Assembly: GCF_000143415.4 (NCBI RefSeq)
Contig: NW_003314293.1
Span: forward strand, 186,001-250,000
Reading direction: 5' to 3'
Origin: Selaginella moellendorffii
Taxonomy: Eukaryota; Plantae; Lycopodiophyta
Length of the DNA stretch: 64,000 nt
The notes under the pieces: generated by a model
Told to the model about the DNA's origin: nothing
Database searches by the model: none
The model's input: the letters and a program-made list of their open reading frames with translations, nothing else
Program-made: the position numbers and the translations under genes
Shown: positions 1 through 11,851 of the stretch, in pieces
Layout: each line of letters opens with the position of its first letter
Numbering within the stretch: position 1 is the stretch's first letter

Positions 1-663
1 TAGACAGTTGCTGTAAGATCTTCTTATTTGGTCCCTGCAAACTTATGTCAGAGAAAACGAAGACAAAAAACCAAAGAAGAAGAAAAAGAAGAAACCTTTT
101 GAAGTCCCAGGCTGAAACAGTTTTTTGCTGAAGAAAAGTCTCCCTTCTTCCAGAAGCAATTCCCCAGGCAGGACCAAGCATCCACAATAGAAGGATCCAG
201 CTTCACCTGCCTCAGGTTCAACAAGAGTGGTACTTAAGAACATCCTTTGCTGCAAAGGAATAAGGTAAGATCAGGGAATGCAGCATTATATCGCGGTCTT
301 TTACGTGCTCTCTCGTCAATCCAGCCATGAAAAATGCGAGGGTCTAGGCGAGCATACCGCTTTGGAGAGGTGATCTTCGGCCTCTTTGCAATACTCCGGC
401 ATAACATCCAAAACTTTCCCCTTGAAATACTCCCAGAGCGCGCGGCGAGGGGGCAGCTTCTTGCATTCTAAGCGAAAAACGTGAGAGAAAGCCACATTTT
501 CGAGATTCTCACCTAGAGAGATGTCATCGAGGGCCGCGATCAGCTCCTTTGCGGATCGCTCCAGGCGATCCCTCTTCTCGGCGGCGTCGAGAGGAAAGAA
601 TGTGTCCCGCACTTTGTAGAGGCTCTCGATCGCCGGCTGCAGCGCCTCGAGTGACGACGCCAT
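1..663 (-). CDS. TTC5: Tetratricopeptide repeat protein 5 (TTC5/Strap) homolog, 5' part; runs off the window start
   Basis: Exons 663-513, 467-358, ~206-96 and ~35-1 with GT-AG introns give MASSLEALQPAIESLYKVRDTFFP...KGKVLDVMPEYCKEAEDHLSKA/VKLDPSIVDAWSCLGNCFWKKGD...AKNCF.../GPNKKILQQLS, the characteristic TTC5 N-terminal TPRs. Confidence 0.88.
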
Positions 664-1548
664 CGCCGCGCTGGACTGCCCTAGAATCCCACTTCGTAAT
701 AAGTAATTCCCAGGATATGCGTTTCAAGCTTTGTCCACGTGGGCGGCTGGGATGCGCGCCACTTGGCAGACATCCATTGAGAGCATTGTAAGTGTGATTC
801 AAGGAATTTTCCTGACAAAGAACTATTATTTAAATATTTTTGTGCCTTGCATCATATGTATTAATCCACAAATAAAAACAAGTTAAAAAAAAGAAGAAGT
901 ATGTAAAAATATATAAAAGAGAATTAAAGAGAAACTCCCAAAAGAGAAGCTTCAATTCAACAGTCAAGTCAGTCGCAACAGATCCTTCGATCCCTACACA
1001 CAATTCCTTCTGCTTCGAAAATGCCGTGAAGAACTTGCCATTGAACAAGAACACGCACACAAATTAAACGCGTCAGTCAGTCAGAAAGGTGGCGGTGGAA
1101 CTTTTCCTTTTCAGGTGTTGAGACATCCAAGTCAATAAGGATCTCATTACCATCACAAACAATAATCACCATCTAAACTTCATAGCTTCAACCACATACT
1201 CTTTAGTTGAGCATAGAAAGATTTAAACATCAGCGCAGCCCACTGTTGCAAAGCCGGCACTTAAAATAATGCCCAAAACTCATACAAGAACTCTCCTCAG
1301 CCGGCCGAGCAGCCTCTATGTCGGCCTCAATTCACGACACCAATGTGGCTTTCCACGTAGCTCTCCTTTCCTTTCACCTTTCCAAGAGCCAAAAGATCTC
1401 GAAGATCACAGAGGGAGAAAAGGAAACATGTTTAGCGCGCGGGCAAAGTGATTTGCCGCATCTGGACTGTTGTTGGCTATAGAAGATCATCCAGGAGCCC
1501 TGAAAAGCAAGAAGTTGGTGTGTAGCATAGTAGCAAAAGCGTTGGGAT

Positions 1549-1570
1549 AGAGAGAGAGAGAGAGAGAGAG
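1549..1570. repeat. (AG)n microsatellite
   Basis: Direct reading: about 11 AG units. Confidence 0.95.
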
Positions 1571-1905
1571 CTAGCTCAGAGAGAAAGATTGACAATGCGA
1601 CTGCTATAGTTTACGAAGTCGTCTTAGTTAGACCACTGTTCCTGGGGAGAAAGAATAGAATTTCTCGCGACTTTTAAAAGCCAGCGCCATTCCACTTCCC
1701 TTACTCAGGTCATTTAGTCACACGCTCACGGTTTTCTCTCATGCACGTCGCCCTCGCTGCGCTATCCTCGCGTCTTCCTTGAATTCCTGGAGGAAGATCT
1801 GCCCCCCCCCCGCGATCGAATTCCTGGGAAGATCTTCTCCTTTTTGTTTTTGTAGCGGAATCTCAAAGTTTTTCTTCCTTGGCGGCCTTCTTTTTCCTCT
1901 TCCGG

Positions 1906-3244
1906 ATGGCGGTCCAGTCGCGGCCAGCGGGCTTCCCCTCATTCGCTTCATCGCCCAGGCGCGATCGTCACACCAAGGAGAGAATTCCGCGGAGTTTGCT
2001 CCAGCTCCAAAGCTCCACCGCCACGACGAGCGAATCAGCGGCAGCGCTGGAGAGACAAAACATTTGCAAGCTCTCGGCGCTGCTCAAGGACACCAATCTC
2101 CTGCCCGAGAGATACGTGATACCCGAGAGCCACCGCGCGCGATTGTCCCACGACGCCTTCCTCCCCGAGGTGGAACTCCCAATGATCGACTTTGAGACGT
2201 TAAAGTCCGGGGCTGGCACCGAGAGCCTCGCTCGCGAGGTTGGCAATGCCTGCCGCGATTGGGGGTTCTTCCAGATCGTCAATCACGGCGTCCCGGACGA
2301 CCTGATCCAAGAGATGCTGCTCCATGCCGACCAATTCTTCCACCTCCCCTACGAGCAAAAGGAGAAGGCCGCGATCTTCCCAAGGCCTCTGGGCTACAAT
2401 GGCCGCTACAAGGACCTGTCCTCGAGCGCGCCGTGGGTGGAAGCCATGGCAATGCAGCAAACTCCATACTCCACCGTGGATGAGACGGTGGACAGAGTCT
2501 GGCCGGGAGAAGGCAATCCAAGGCTAAGGTGAGAGCCGCGAGATGATCGAAACTCTCGCTCGATCATCCAATTCTAACTTGATTCCTTTCGCCCATGATC
2601 CAGGAGAGCGCTGCGGAGGTACCACGCCGAGATGGAGAAGCTCGGGCAGAGTGTTGTCCAACTGATTGCCCTGAGCTTGGGCCTGGAGAGGAGAACCTTT
2701 AGCCGCCACTTCGAGGAGAGCTCCTCCACGTTCCGGTGGAATCACTACCCTCCATGCCCCTTGCCCTCCAAAGCTCTGGGCCTCCTCGCTCACTCCGACC
2801 CCTCCGCGATCACTATACTCCACCAGGATAGTGTCGGTGGTCTCCAGATACGAAAAGATGGCCGATGGATCGCTGTGAAGCCACGGCCAGACACATTCGT
2901 GATCAACTTGGGCGATGTCTTTCAGGTATGATCGATCGATAGAATGATCTGTGCTATAGTTTTCGAAACTTATAATGTCCCAATTGTTCTTCCAGGCCTG
3001 GACCAATGGAAGATACAAGAGCGTGGAGCACCGAGCGGTGGTGAACCAGAAGCAAGGGAGGCTCTCCATGGTTTTCTTCTACGGCCCACAAGAGGATTAC
3101 GTGATCACCCCCCCGGATGAGCTCATCGATGAAGATCATCCTCTGCGGTACAGGCCCTTCACTTGGGGGGACTACAGCGCCGCCAGGCTCAGCATCCCGG
3201 CGCACGGCAAGAGACACTTGGACGTCTTCGCAGGAGCCCTGTAA
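1906..3244 (+). CDS. 2-oxoglutarate/Fe(II) dioxygenase, gibberellin 20-oxidase-like (DOXC class)
   Basis: Exons 1906-2528, 2604-2925, 2996-3244 (GT-AG). Motifs: LPMID, ACRDWGFFQIVNHGV, NHYPPCP, HSD, TILHQD, FVINLGD, NGRYKSVEHRAVVN, RLS. The two-intron layout is like GA20ox; the LPWKET box reads APWVEA. Confidence 0.85.
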
Positions 3245-3490
3245 TGACAAGGAAGGATTTCTTCTTCTTCCTTTTCTCCATTCCTCCTCTTCTGGGTTGC
3301 GACTTCCGAGATTGTTGGAAGAGGAGCTGGTTTTATGATTATCGATCATCGTTTCACAGAGAGAAGAGAGAAAGAGGGGTGAGAAACGCGGAAAGCCATT
3401 TTTTGTAGCCTGTGGAAATAAAACACGTAAGTCCTTTTGCAGCGTCTTGGAAGAAATAGTCGTGTATAGTGTGTATAGTGAACTGCAAGA

Positions 3491-3562
3491 CGCAACTCTT
3501 GCAACACTCAAGTTCCTTCTTCTGGATCTAGAAGAAGGAAGTTGAGTGTTGCAAGAGTTGCG
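3491..3562. repeat. 72-bp near-perfect palindrome (hairpin)
   Basis: cgcaactcttgcaacactcaagttccttcttct-ggatct-agaagaaggaagttgagtgttgcaagagttgcg; 33-bp arms with one mismatch. Confidence 0.95.
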
Positions 3563-5421
3563 CTACGCGGTGATGAACAAAGTGACCAAAGCTTATCCTT
3601 TGTCTCATGATGTTTGTTTGGATCATCAATTTCAACTCTTGGTCAGAATCCTCTTCCTCTTCTACTTCTTTGGACAAGGAGTTACCCACACGGAGTAGAG
3701 TTCTCAAACTTTTTTAGGTTGCGAGAGTGACACTGTCCCTGTGTCGTGGTTTCTAATGTTTCATGCCACCTTTTGCTTTATAAAACTTCCCGAAAATCTT
3801 TACACTCTCCCTGCGTGTAGATCCTTGTCTACGATCATGGGGTTGACACGGAGAGAGGACCGAGAAATTGGAGAAGTTCTTACGGCACCCAAGACATGCC
3901 CGGCTCCACACTAAGCCCATGATTTAGAAACCGATCCCTCCTGGCAATAAGAAAAACAATTCGCCTCTGTTTGTGATACTCCCAGGGATTTGATACCTCT
4001 TGTTGTCACAAGTGAGGTGTTGCAGTGTCAAGTGTAGCATCAGGATCATGTGAGTGGGGTCAAATTTCTGTTCAAGTTCCCCTCTGTTTCTTGTTCACCT
4101 TGTTCCTCGCTGACCAGAAAAGAATTGAAAGAAAAATGTGCGGACTTTATACAGTCCCGATGACCTGCATGTGCCAAGTGCCGGATCTCTGTTCGCAGTG
4201 CAGTGTACTCCCAAGAACCACTGCAAAAAAACCAAGGAAAACGATGGAAAAATCACTCTTTTCTTGGCCTTTTGGATTTCTATTCCGTCGACCCTGTTTG
4301 TTTGCTGCTGCTGCTGCTGCTACTGCATTCGTGCCGGTCCTTGACGACGACTCTCCATCCAAAGCAAGGAGAAAAGAAACATAAGACGAGCAGGAAAAGA
4401 CTTGTAAACTCGTTGGTGTGTGTGGGAGCTTGCAGGGACCGTTTGTAATAATCCAAACTAAAAAACCTGTGCGCCACTCTACCAGTCTATAGACTCTAGA
4501 TTCTCCCATCAACCGCAAGAAGCACGAATAATCAATCGGCCGCCTGCGCCAACTTTCCTCTTCCTGTCCCCCAGTTCTCTGGATTTGCTCACTCTTTCGT
4601 CGCCTTTTTTTTTTTTTTTGCTGCTGTTGAGTCAACACTGGAAGATGCCCCTTATAACTGCCTTCGCTGAGATCACCCAAGCGACCAAAAACTCTTTTTT
4701 TTTTGTTTCCTGCTCGAGTGGGAGCTGGAGTTTTGCCGTCAAAACCCCCATTCATTGTGCACATGGCCGGCTGCTGCTTGAACCCAGAAGTTGTATAAAG
4801 TACCTGAGACATTTTTTTTGCGGCTGCAATTGAGAAAACATGCTCTCCCACTCCGACACACGCACACCGCTTTCTTAATTTTCCTCTTTCTCCGCTTTTG
4901 CATTTCTTTTTCTCTCTCTTTTTCTCTCTTTTTTGCTTGTTTTCCTGTTCTTCGGTTCTAGAATACCAGAAAAAGGGGTAATTTTTGTGTGATTTTTTGG
5001 TCAACTTTGGCCTCTCCATAGCCGTGATTGACTCCCTATATCTAAGTATGATGACAGGCATGCCATATTCTCGGTCCGACAGTCCACCCAGAGAGCATCT
5101 AATGCTTGCCATGTGATCCACAAGCACCACATTGGTTTTAATTCATGATCTTCCAAAGAACGTAGAAAATGTGTGTGTGGCTCTGAGTGAATGTAAGAGC
5201 TTTTGTCGAAGACAATCATTCGTAAACGGCCCCTCCACTCACTTACCTTAAATCTATTAGATTGTAAGATCGTGGCAGCCCTAGAAATTTCTTGGCGGGG
5301 GGGTTTAGGTTTTTTCTAGCGCTAGGGCGGGGCGATGGCGCTGGGGTGTGCCGCTCTTGGATCGTCCCCGTGCGCCTCTCTTCCAGGTAATCTTGATCGA
5401 TTCGCTGCGCTCTAGCGCCAA

Positions 5422-7616
5422 ATGCTGGCTGCAGGAGCATCGCATTCCTTCGCCGTGGGGTCGAAATTTTGCTCGAGGCTCTGGTTCTCCGGTAAGAGTC
5501 GCTGTTCTTTTTTCTTGATCGGGTAGAACAGTGACGAAGCTGTCAATCCAGCTCGTCCTAGAGGAGGACGCTTCCGCCGACTGCAGAGGTGGGAGAATTC
5601 TTCTAGAAGTCTTTTATTCGCGAGGATCAGGGCATTAAGTTCGAAATCTGCGGGGGGTAGCGACGATCGTAGCACGACTTCTGAGAAATCTCTCAATCCT
5701 TACGTCTGGTCCGACAGAAAGGTATGTGTTCCATTTCTTTCCACGTTGACAAAGTCTTTTCTTGCTGATGTGTAGAGCCCCAGAATATGTATACTGGGTG
5801 GTGGCTTTGGTGGTTTATACACTGCCTTGCGGCTGGATTCTCTTGTGTGGACACCAGAAAAGCGTCCGCAGGTTCTCAGCCTTTATTTTCTGACCAGTTT
5901 TATGGCTTGCTTCCTCAAGGACGTTTCCTTTTCCAGATTTTACTTGTGGATCAATCCGAGCGTTTCGTTTTCAAGCCGATGCTTTACGAGCTATTGTCAA
6001 AAGGTTACGACTTCTCAGAAAAAAAAATTAAAAATGCCCCACATTTTTTCTCCTGACTCACGATGTGCAGAAGTTGATGTCTGGGAGGTAGCCCCACTAT
6101 TTGCAGACCTCTTGGCGAGCACAACCATACGCTTTCTAAAAGACAATGTCAAATCAGTGTCACCTTTTGATGCAGTTGCTGACGATAACAAGTCGTCACC
6201 ATCTAGCATCGGTGGTAAGGTGTACCTTGAGAGCGGAATTCAAGTCGAATATGACTGGTAAGCTTCCAGTGTTCTCATCCTTTTTACTTTTTTTTTTTCA
6301 AACATTTAAACATCTGACTCACAGATATCAGGCTAGTATTGGCGTTGGGTGCTGAAACTAAGATGGATATGGTTCCTGGAGCACTGGAACACGCCCTTCC
6401 TTTCTCGACTCTGGAAGATGCTCTCGTAAGCTTCGGTTTTCTTTTTGCTTTTTCTTTCGCCTTTTCCATTTAGATTGCGTTTTTAGAGCCACTCATGCTT
6501 CTCACGTCTTTAGAGGCTGGAGAAGAGATTGGAAGAGCTGGAAAGGGAGCGGTTTGGTCCGAAGCAATTGCCCATAGATGTTGCTGTTGTCGGGTCCGGC
6601 TATTGCGGCATTGAGTTGTCAGCTACGGTTGCGGAGAGGCTTGGTGAGCGTGGTCGAGTGCAAGTGATTGATGTCAATTCAGAGATCTGCCCTTCAGCAC
6701 CTACCGGAAACAGAGAAAAAGCTTCGAAGGTAAAAAAAAAAAAAGAAAAGGAGAGGACGCAAGTGTTCAGTCTTACTCATCAATTATTTTGCAGGTATTG
6801 TCATCTCGCAACGTCAAGCTGGAGCTGGGATATTTTGTAACTAATATTGCTCTCAAGGATTCCAACGAGCCAGAGAAAAAGAACAAGCGGGTGGTTCTCG
6901 AGTTAAAGCCAGCGAACTCAAGGAACACTCGTAAAGCCCCTCCCAGCACATTTCTGGAAGCCGACTTGGTACTATGGACGGTCGGAGGCAGAGCGTTGGT
7001 TCCGAAGGCCTTTCCTACAAACGGGCGTGGACAGACGGACACTGACGAGACTCTACGAGTAAAAGGACACCCTCGCATCTTCGCGATTGGAGACTCCGCT
7101 GGTAACAAAGACAGCTCTGGAAGGCTGCTGCAAACAACAGCACAGGTCCTGACTCTTTTTTTCGCGCTCAAATAACGTTTTTTCTATGTAGGTCGCGCTT
7201 CAGCAAGCTGACTATGCCGGATGGAACTTGTGGGCCGCAATCAACAACAGGCCACTTCTACCTTTCAGGCTAGAAAGTTATTGTCCTACTCTTTTGTTCT
7301 GATCGTTTTCTCCAGGTACCAGCACTTGGGCGAGATGATGACGCTTGGAAGGTATAATGGTGCTGTTACGCCCAGTTTCTTCGAAGATATCACGCTGGAC
7401 GGTGTACTTGGTCATACAGGTAGAACATCATTTTTTTTCTTCCTGTTTACCATCGTTTTCTTTGAATTTCTTGCAGCTAGAAAGCTCGCGTATCTCTATC
7501 GCCTTCCCACAAACGAGCACCGTGTCAAGGTTGGAGTAAGCTGGCTAGCGAAATCGGCCGTGGACGCGTTCTCGTACGTCCAGGGTACGGTACTTAGCTT
7601 AGCCCAAAAATCGTGA
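5422..7616 (+). CDS. NDC1: Type II NAD(P)H:quinone oxidoreductase C1 (demethylphylloquinone reductase), plastid/mitochondrial
   Basis: Multi-exon gene: N-terminal transit-like peptide, then PRICILGGGFGGLYTALRLDSLVW, LVDQSERFVFKPMLYELLS, VAVVGSGYCGIELSATVAERL, ADLVLWTVG, TLRVKGHPRIFAIGDS, QVALQQADYAGWNLWAAINNRPLLPFRYQHLGEMMTLG, RKLAYLYRLPT; these match plant NDC1. Confidence 0.93.
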
Positions 7617-7682
7617 TTAGTGGAAATTGTAATGATAATAATGTGAAGTTTAGGGCTTATTGGAATTTGAAATTTAGGGCTT

Positions 7683-9380
7683 ATGGCCGAGGTGGGAGAA
7701 GAGGAGGGCTGGAGATTTCTCTACGAGGCGCTGCTGCGAATCTCATCGCTGCGGCTGCTGCTCACCAAGGATTTGGTGGCGCCGTCGGTATCGTGCAATC
7801 GCGGGCTCAAGGCGTCCCTTGGACGATTCTCGTCCTGTTTGGAGCTGGTTTGCGAGTGGCAATCGGAGCGAGAATGCGGGAAGCGCGTGGTGTTGCGCGT
7901 TCCTCTCCCATTGTGTCCTGTCGATCACGGGGCGCCGGTGGAAGCGGTGGCGCGGGAGGATCACATCGAGGTGAAGCTCAGAATGGTGAGTGGTGGAGCG
8001 AGTTTTTTGCTGAGCAGCGAAATGGGAATGCTTCCGAGCACAAGTAAGTCTCTTTGATTTTCCTAGACTCTAGCGGAAGATCTGTATTGTTTTCCATAGA
8101 TGAATCATTCGAGCTTGCATCACGCGCACCGGAAATTATTCTTCGCTGCAGGGCTTGCAAGGCGGCGATCACACGAGGAGGATTCGAGTAAGAAAATCGA
8201 GTTTTTATAGGAGGAAGTAAACTCTTTTGTTCTTTTATGCAGGTCAGTGCTAGAACTTCCCTCCGTTGATTGGAGAGAGGCCACGGACGACTGGTTTGGA
8301 GTATGTTGCTGTGGCTCCAGTATAAGAACCGAGTCAATCGTTGCAGGCTTTGAGAAAAACGTCACCACCTCGCACGGGAAACTCCTGGTTGGAAACTCGA
8401 CATGCATCGTTCACGCCTCGGATCTTTGCCAGGCATCGCCACCAGTTGACAGCGCCTGCGATAGAGCGCAAGAAAAGGAGAAGAGCGAGGCTGACGCTCT
8501 CCAGGTGGAAGTAAACGGGGATACAAATCATGGTAATCACAGGCAACACACTTCGGTTTTCCCGGGGCACCAGCACGATGTCTGCTGCGAGAAAAATGAC
8601 TGCGTTACTACTCGTGAAGAACATACGTCAGGTCCAGGTTTCTACGACTTTCTCAAAGGTCCAGTGGAGCCAATGAGCAGCGGTACATGGCAGCCATTCA
8701 ATTGCCTCGAGTGCTCGTCGCTGATTGGAGTTTTCTTAGAACCAAACGAAGGCCAAACACCGAAACCAGCCGTCCATCTGTTCAAGCGACACATACTAGC
8801 GGCTGAAAACACACTGACCAAGGAGTCATTCAGGTACTCGTTCTCTGTCGCTTTATTTTTCTTCTTGCTCCATTCTAAAGTGGAGTGTTGGCTTTCTTTT
8901 CTTTAAGGCACCACACTCTTGAGAAGGACTTTACCAAGGAGCTCGTATCTAGGGCCGAGCAAGACTCTTCCTATAGATACGTCGTTCGAGGCTTGAGGCT
9001 TAAAAGACCAATGCTCCAGGTGGTGCTTGTAAATGAGAACTCTCTCGTTTTCTCTGGAGCAGTGGTGGATTCCAAGAGACAAGTTTCCCTTGTCTCTTTC
9101 ACTCCAGCGGCGAGTGCGATGCTTCAAGATTGTAGCGAGTTTGAAGAACACGAACTAACGTAAGTATCTTATTTGATCCAGTGATGCGGTATCACTAACA
9201 TTCAAAATTTCGTTCTCCAGTATTGTAGAGGAGTGGTGTACACGCCATAACGTGGACGACATCTTTCTCCTCGAGGAAGAGATAGCCATGCTGCTGACAA
9301 CAATCCGTGCAAACCAGGAATTTTACCCGGCCTCGTACAGCGTGAATCAAGGTTTTCGGCTGTCCTTCCTGAGAATATAA
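7683..9380 (+). CDS. Ubiquitin-conjugating enzyme E2C-binding / HECT-like (UBE3D-type) protein
   Basis: Spliced exons encode CRAC, ELPSVDWREATDDWFGVCCC, LLVG, CLECSSLIG and a C-terminal YPASYSVNQGFRLSFLRI*. LPSxxWxExxDxWxxxCC is typical of the HECT_2/UBE3D family. First-intron boundaries are uncertain. Confidence 0.75.
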
Positions 9381-9481
9381 ATACGTAAGTTTGTACAAAA
9401 CAATCGATCCATCCTGCGCTGTGTTAGTATCCTTCACACAAAACTATCAAATGAAGCTAAGTACCTTTTTTCTTGAATGTT

Positions 9482-11851
9482 TTAGAGATGATCCTGCGGC
9501 TTTGGAGACAAGAACATCGCAGTGTACATGCGAAGCTTGTCCGAGTCCGAGGCAGCGATGCTGAGCCTCCGTTCCAGTCCAGCACCACCACGGTCTCTCG
9601 ATGTTCTCGCTGGCTCCGCTACTGAGACCCTGGCCGCCTTGAAACGCCTCCAAGCCAGCTGAATGGTAACCGCGGCCCAAGTCCTCCATCCGGACGAGTA
9701 GTATCTCGCGGTCCGCTTGAGCTTCTCGTTCGCAAACTCGGTCCGGAAGTGGTCTGTCACGTACTTGAGGTCGCGAGCTTCGAATCCGAAGGCTTCCACC
9801 GAGTCCAAGCACCTCAGCGTCGCAATGGACGGGGGAAGCCGGTCGACGAATGGCCTCCTGAGGCACCACGACAGAAGCTCGTCCCCGCAAAAGCTCCCGG
9901 GCTCCATGGTGAAGATACTCGTCTTGTTCTCGCTCAGGTTGTGGATGCTTTGCAGCCTCCCCCGGACAATGAATAGCATCCGCTGCACTGGGTCTCCGGT
10001 TCGCGAGATCTACATGGAATGACACCACTGTGCATGAAAAACACACTTTGGGATGGTTCCGAGGTTCGATGCTTACCGTCTCGCCTTTGATGAACATGAG
10101 GGGCTTGACGCGGTCGCAGATGGTGTCGAGCACGATCTCGTCCATTTGGTAGAAGAGAGGGACCTGACGTACGAGGTCCAGGCAAAGGTGGCGCTTGACA
10201 TCCCGCCGGACGCCCTCGGGTAGCTCGCGAACCATGGCGTGCTCGTCAACTCCACGTAAAGCGGCCCATTTCTGGCGCTCGTATTGACGAACACGGTGCC
10301 TCAGCCGAGATGGCAGCTGCCTGCGTTTCATCCAAACCTCGAGGTCTCTGATTTTCAGCCGCATTTCCTCTTTCTTAGCCGTCATCGAGTGCAAGAAAAC
10401 CTGTCGAAGTCAAAGGGTCCTACTGAATAAGTTTCCTCACAGAATGCATGAAGTGACTTACTTGTATGTTTCCTATCAATAGTGTGAACAGCATGAGCCC
10501 ACACGTAATGACTAGAATGCTGAAAATGACCTCCAGCATTTGATTGCTTGGAACCATAGCATTGCCAAAAGAGCTGGATTTGAAAACAAGAAAAATGTAA
10601 GAGTTAGCAAGTTTCCCATCAAAACTGTGTACCTCAAAGTCATCAACCCCCAGAAGATAGGATAAAGAATGCGGTTTAAGAAGTTCCTGGAGGTAGTCAG
10701 CGGCAAGGCGGTTATAAAAATCCCGTACTTGAAAACATCACCCTTGTTCTCCAAACAAGTGGGAGCAACATCTGCATATAGCTTCGCAGATGTAAGCGGC
10801 GAAGGATCAGAGAACCGTGGACCGTATAAGATGGCATGCGAGGACCCCAAATCCCGGGCATTGCAACCAGCTTTCATCTTGCACTGGTCATACAAGCACG
10901 AAGAAATCCTCTGCAAAGCAAGGAGATACCAACAAGCTCCTGCGGCCTGCAAAGCCAAGAACGTGAGCAAGAACATCGAAGAGAGTTACTGCCATCTTAC
11001 GTGAGCCGCCACGAAGTATGCTGTCAAGTTAAGAGCGAAGCCCCACCAGGCGGTCCCAAAAACGTATCCAGTAACTCTTTGCATCCGCGGCACTAGAGTG
11101 ATCAAGTGAAACACTTTGTAGACGAACTGGATCGCGAATGCCACTAGAATGCTTGTCATCATCCCACTCATTTTACCTCCTCTCCTGATCATCTCTGGAA
11201 CGACTCCCCATATAACTATCTGCAAGAAAAACGCAAGTCAAACCATTTGTGTCGAGGAAAAACTGAAAAGCTTGCCTGTAAGATAGGGAAAACCACGAAG
11301 AGATCGAAAACGAAGCCGCCGGACGGACGAAGGTAGTGCAAAGCAACCATCCTCGCGTCCCAGACGAGCTTTCCACTTCCAAGTACGAGGGACTTCCGAG
11401 CGACATAAGCAAGCTTGAGCTGGAGCCATATATGCCAGAGATGCATCAAGTCGCTCACGCAGCGGAAGAGCGTCACGAAGATACCAAACCAGCCGTCAAT
11501 GTAGAAGCAGTAGCGGTGTGGACTGATGGCCACCGTGTAGAGAAACAGCGGCTCGATAGCCAGAGCCCAGAACCTGGAGAGGAGGAAGACCCGGTTCCAG
11601 GCGATGATGGTCTTGCTCCTGGGATCCAAAACTTTGCCGAAGATCCACGTCTTGTAGAAGCCATCTGGTTTTGGCGGAGGCTCGTGATGCATGAGTGAGA
11701 CACCAACAGCGCCTTCGAGCATGTAGGAGCTGCCTCGATCATGGTCTGTGACATGGTGAGGAGGAGGGCCGCCGAAAGAGTTGTATGGAGGAGGACCGGA
11801 GCCTAGCGGACGAACAGCAACATCCGGCATGCTATTGACTTTGGCGGCCAT
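9482..11851 (-). CDS. CNGC: Cyclic nucleotide-gated ion channel, group IVB (CNGC2/CNGC4-like)
   Basis: VLDPRSK..WNRVFLL, QLKLAYV...SLVLGSGKLVWDAR, RMQRVTGYVFGTAWWGFALNLTAYFVAAH, pore FWGLMTLSSFGNAM, CNBD GSFCGDELLSWCLRRPFVDRLPPS, IQ motif RYYSSGWRTWAAVTIQLAWRR, C-terminal SPKPQDHL. Start codon position is tentative. Confidence 0.93.
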
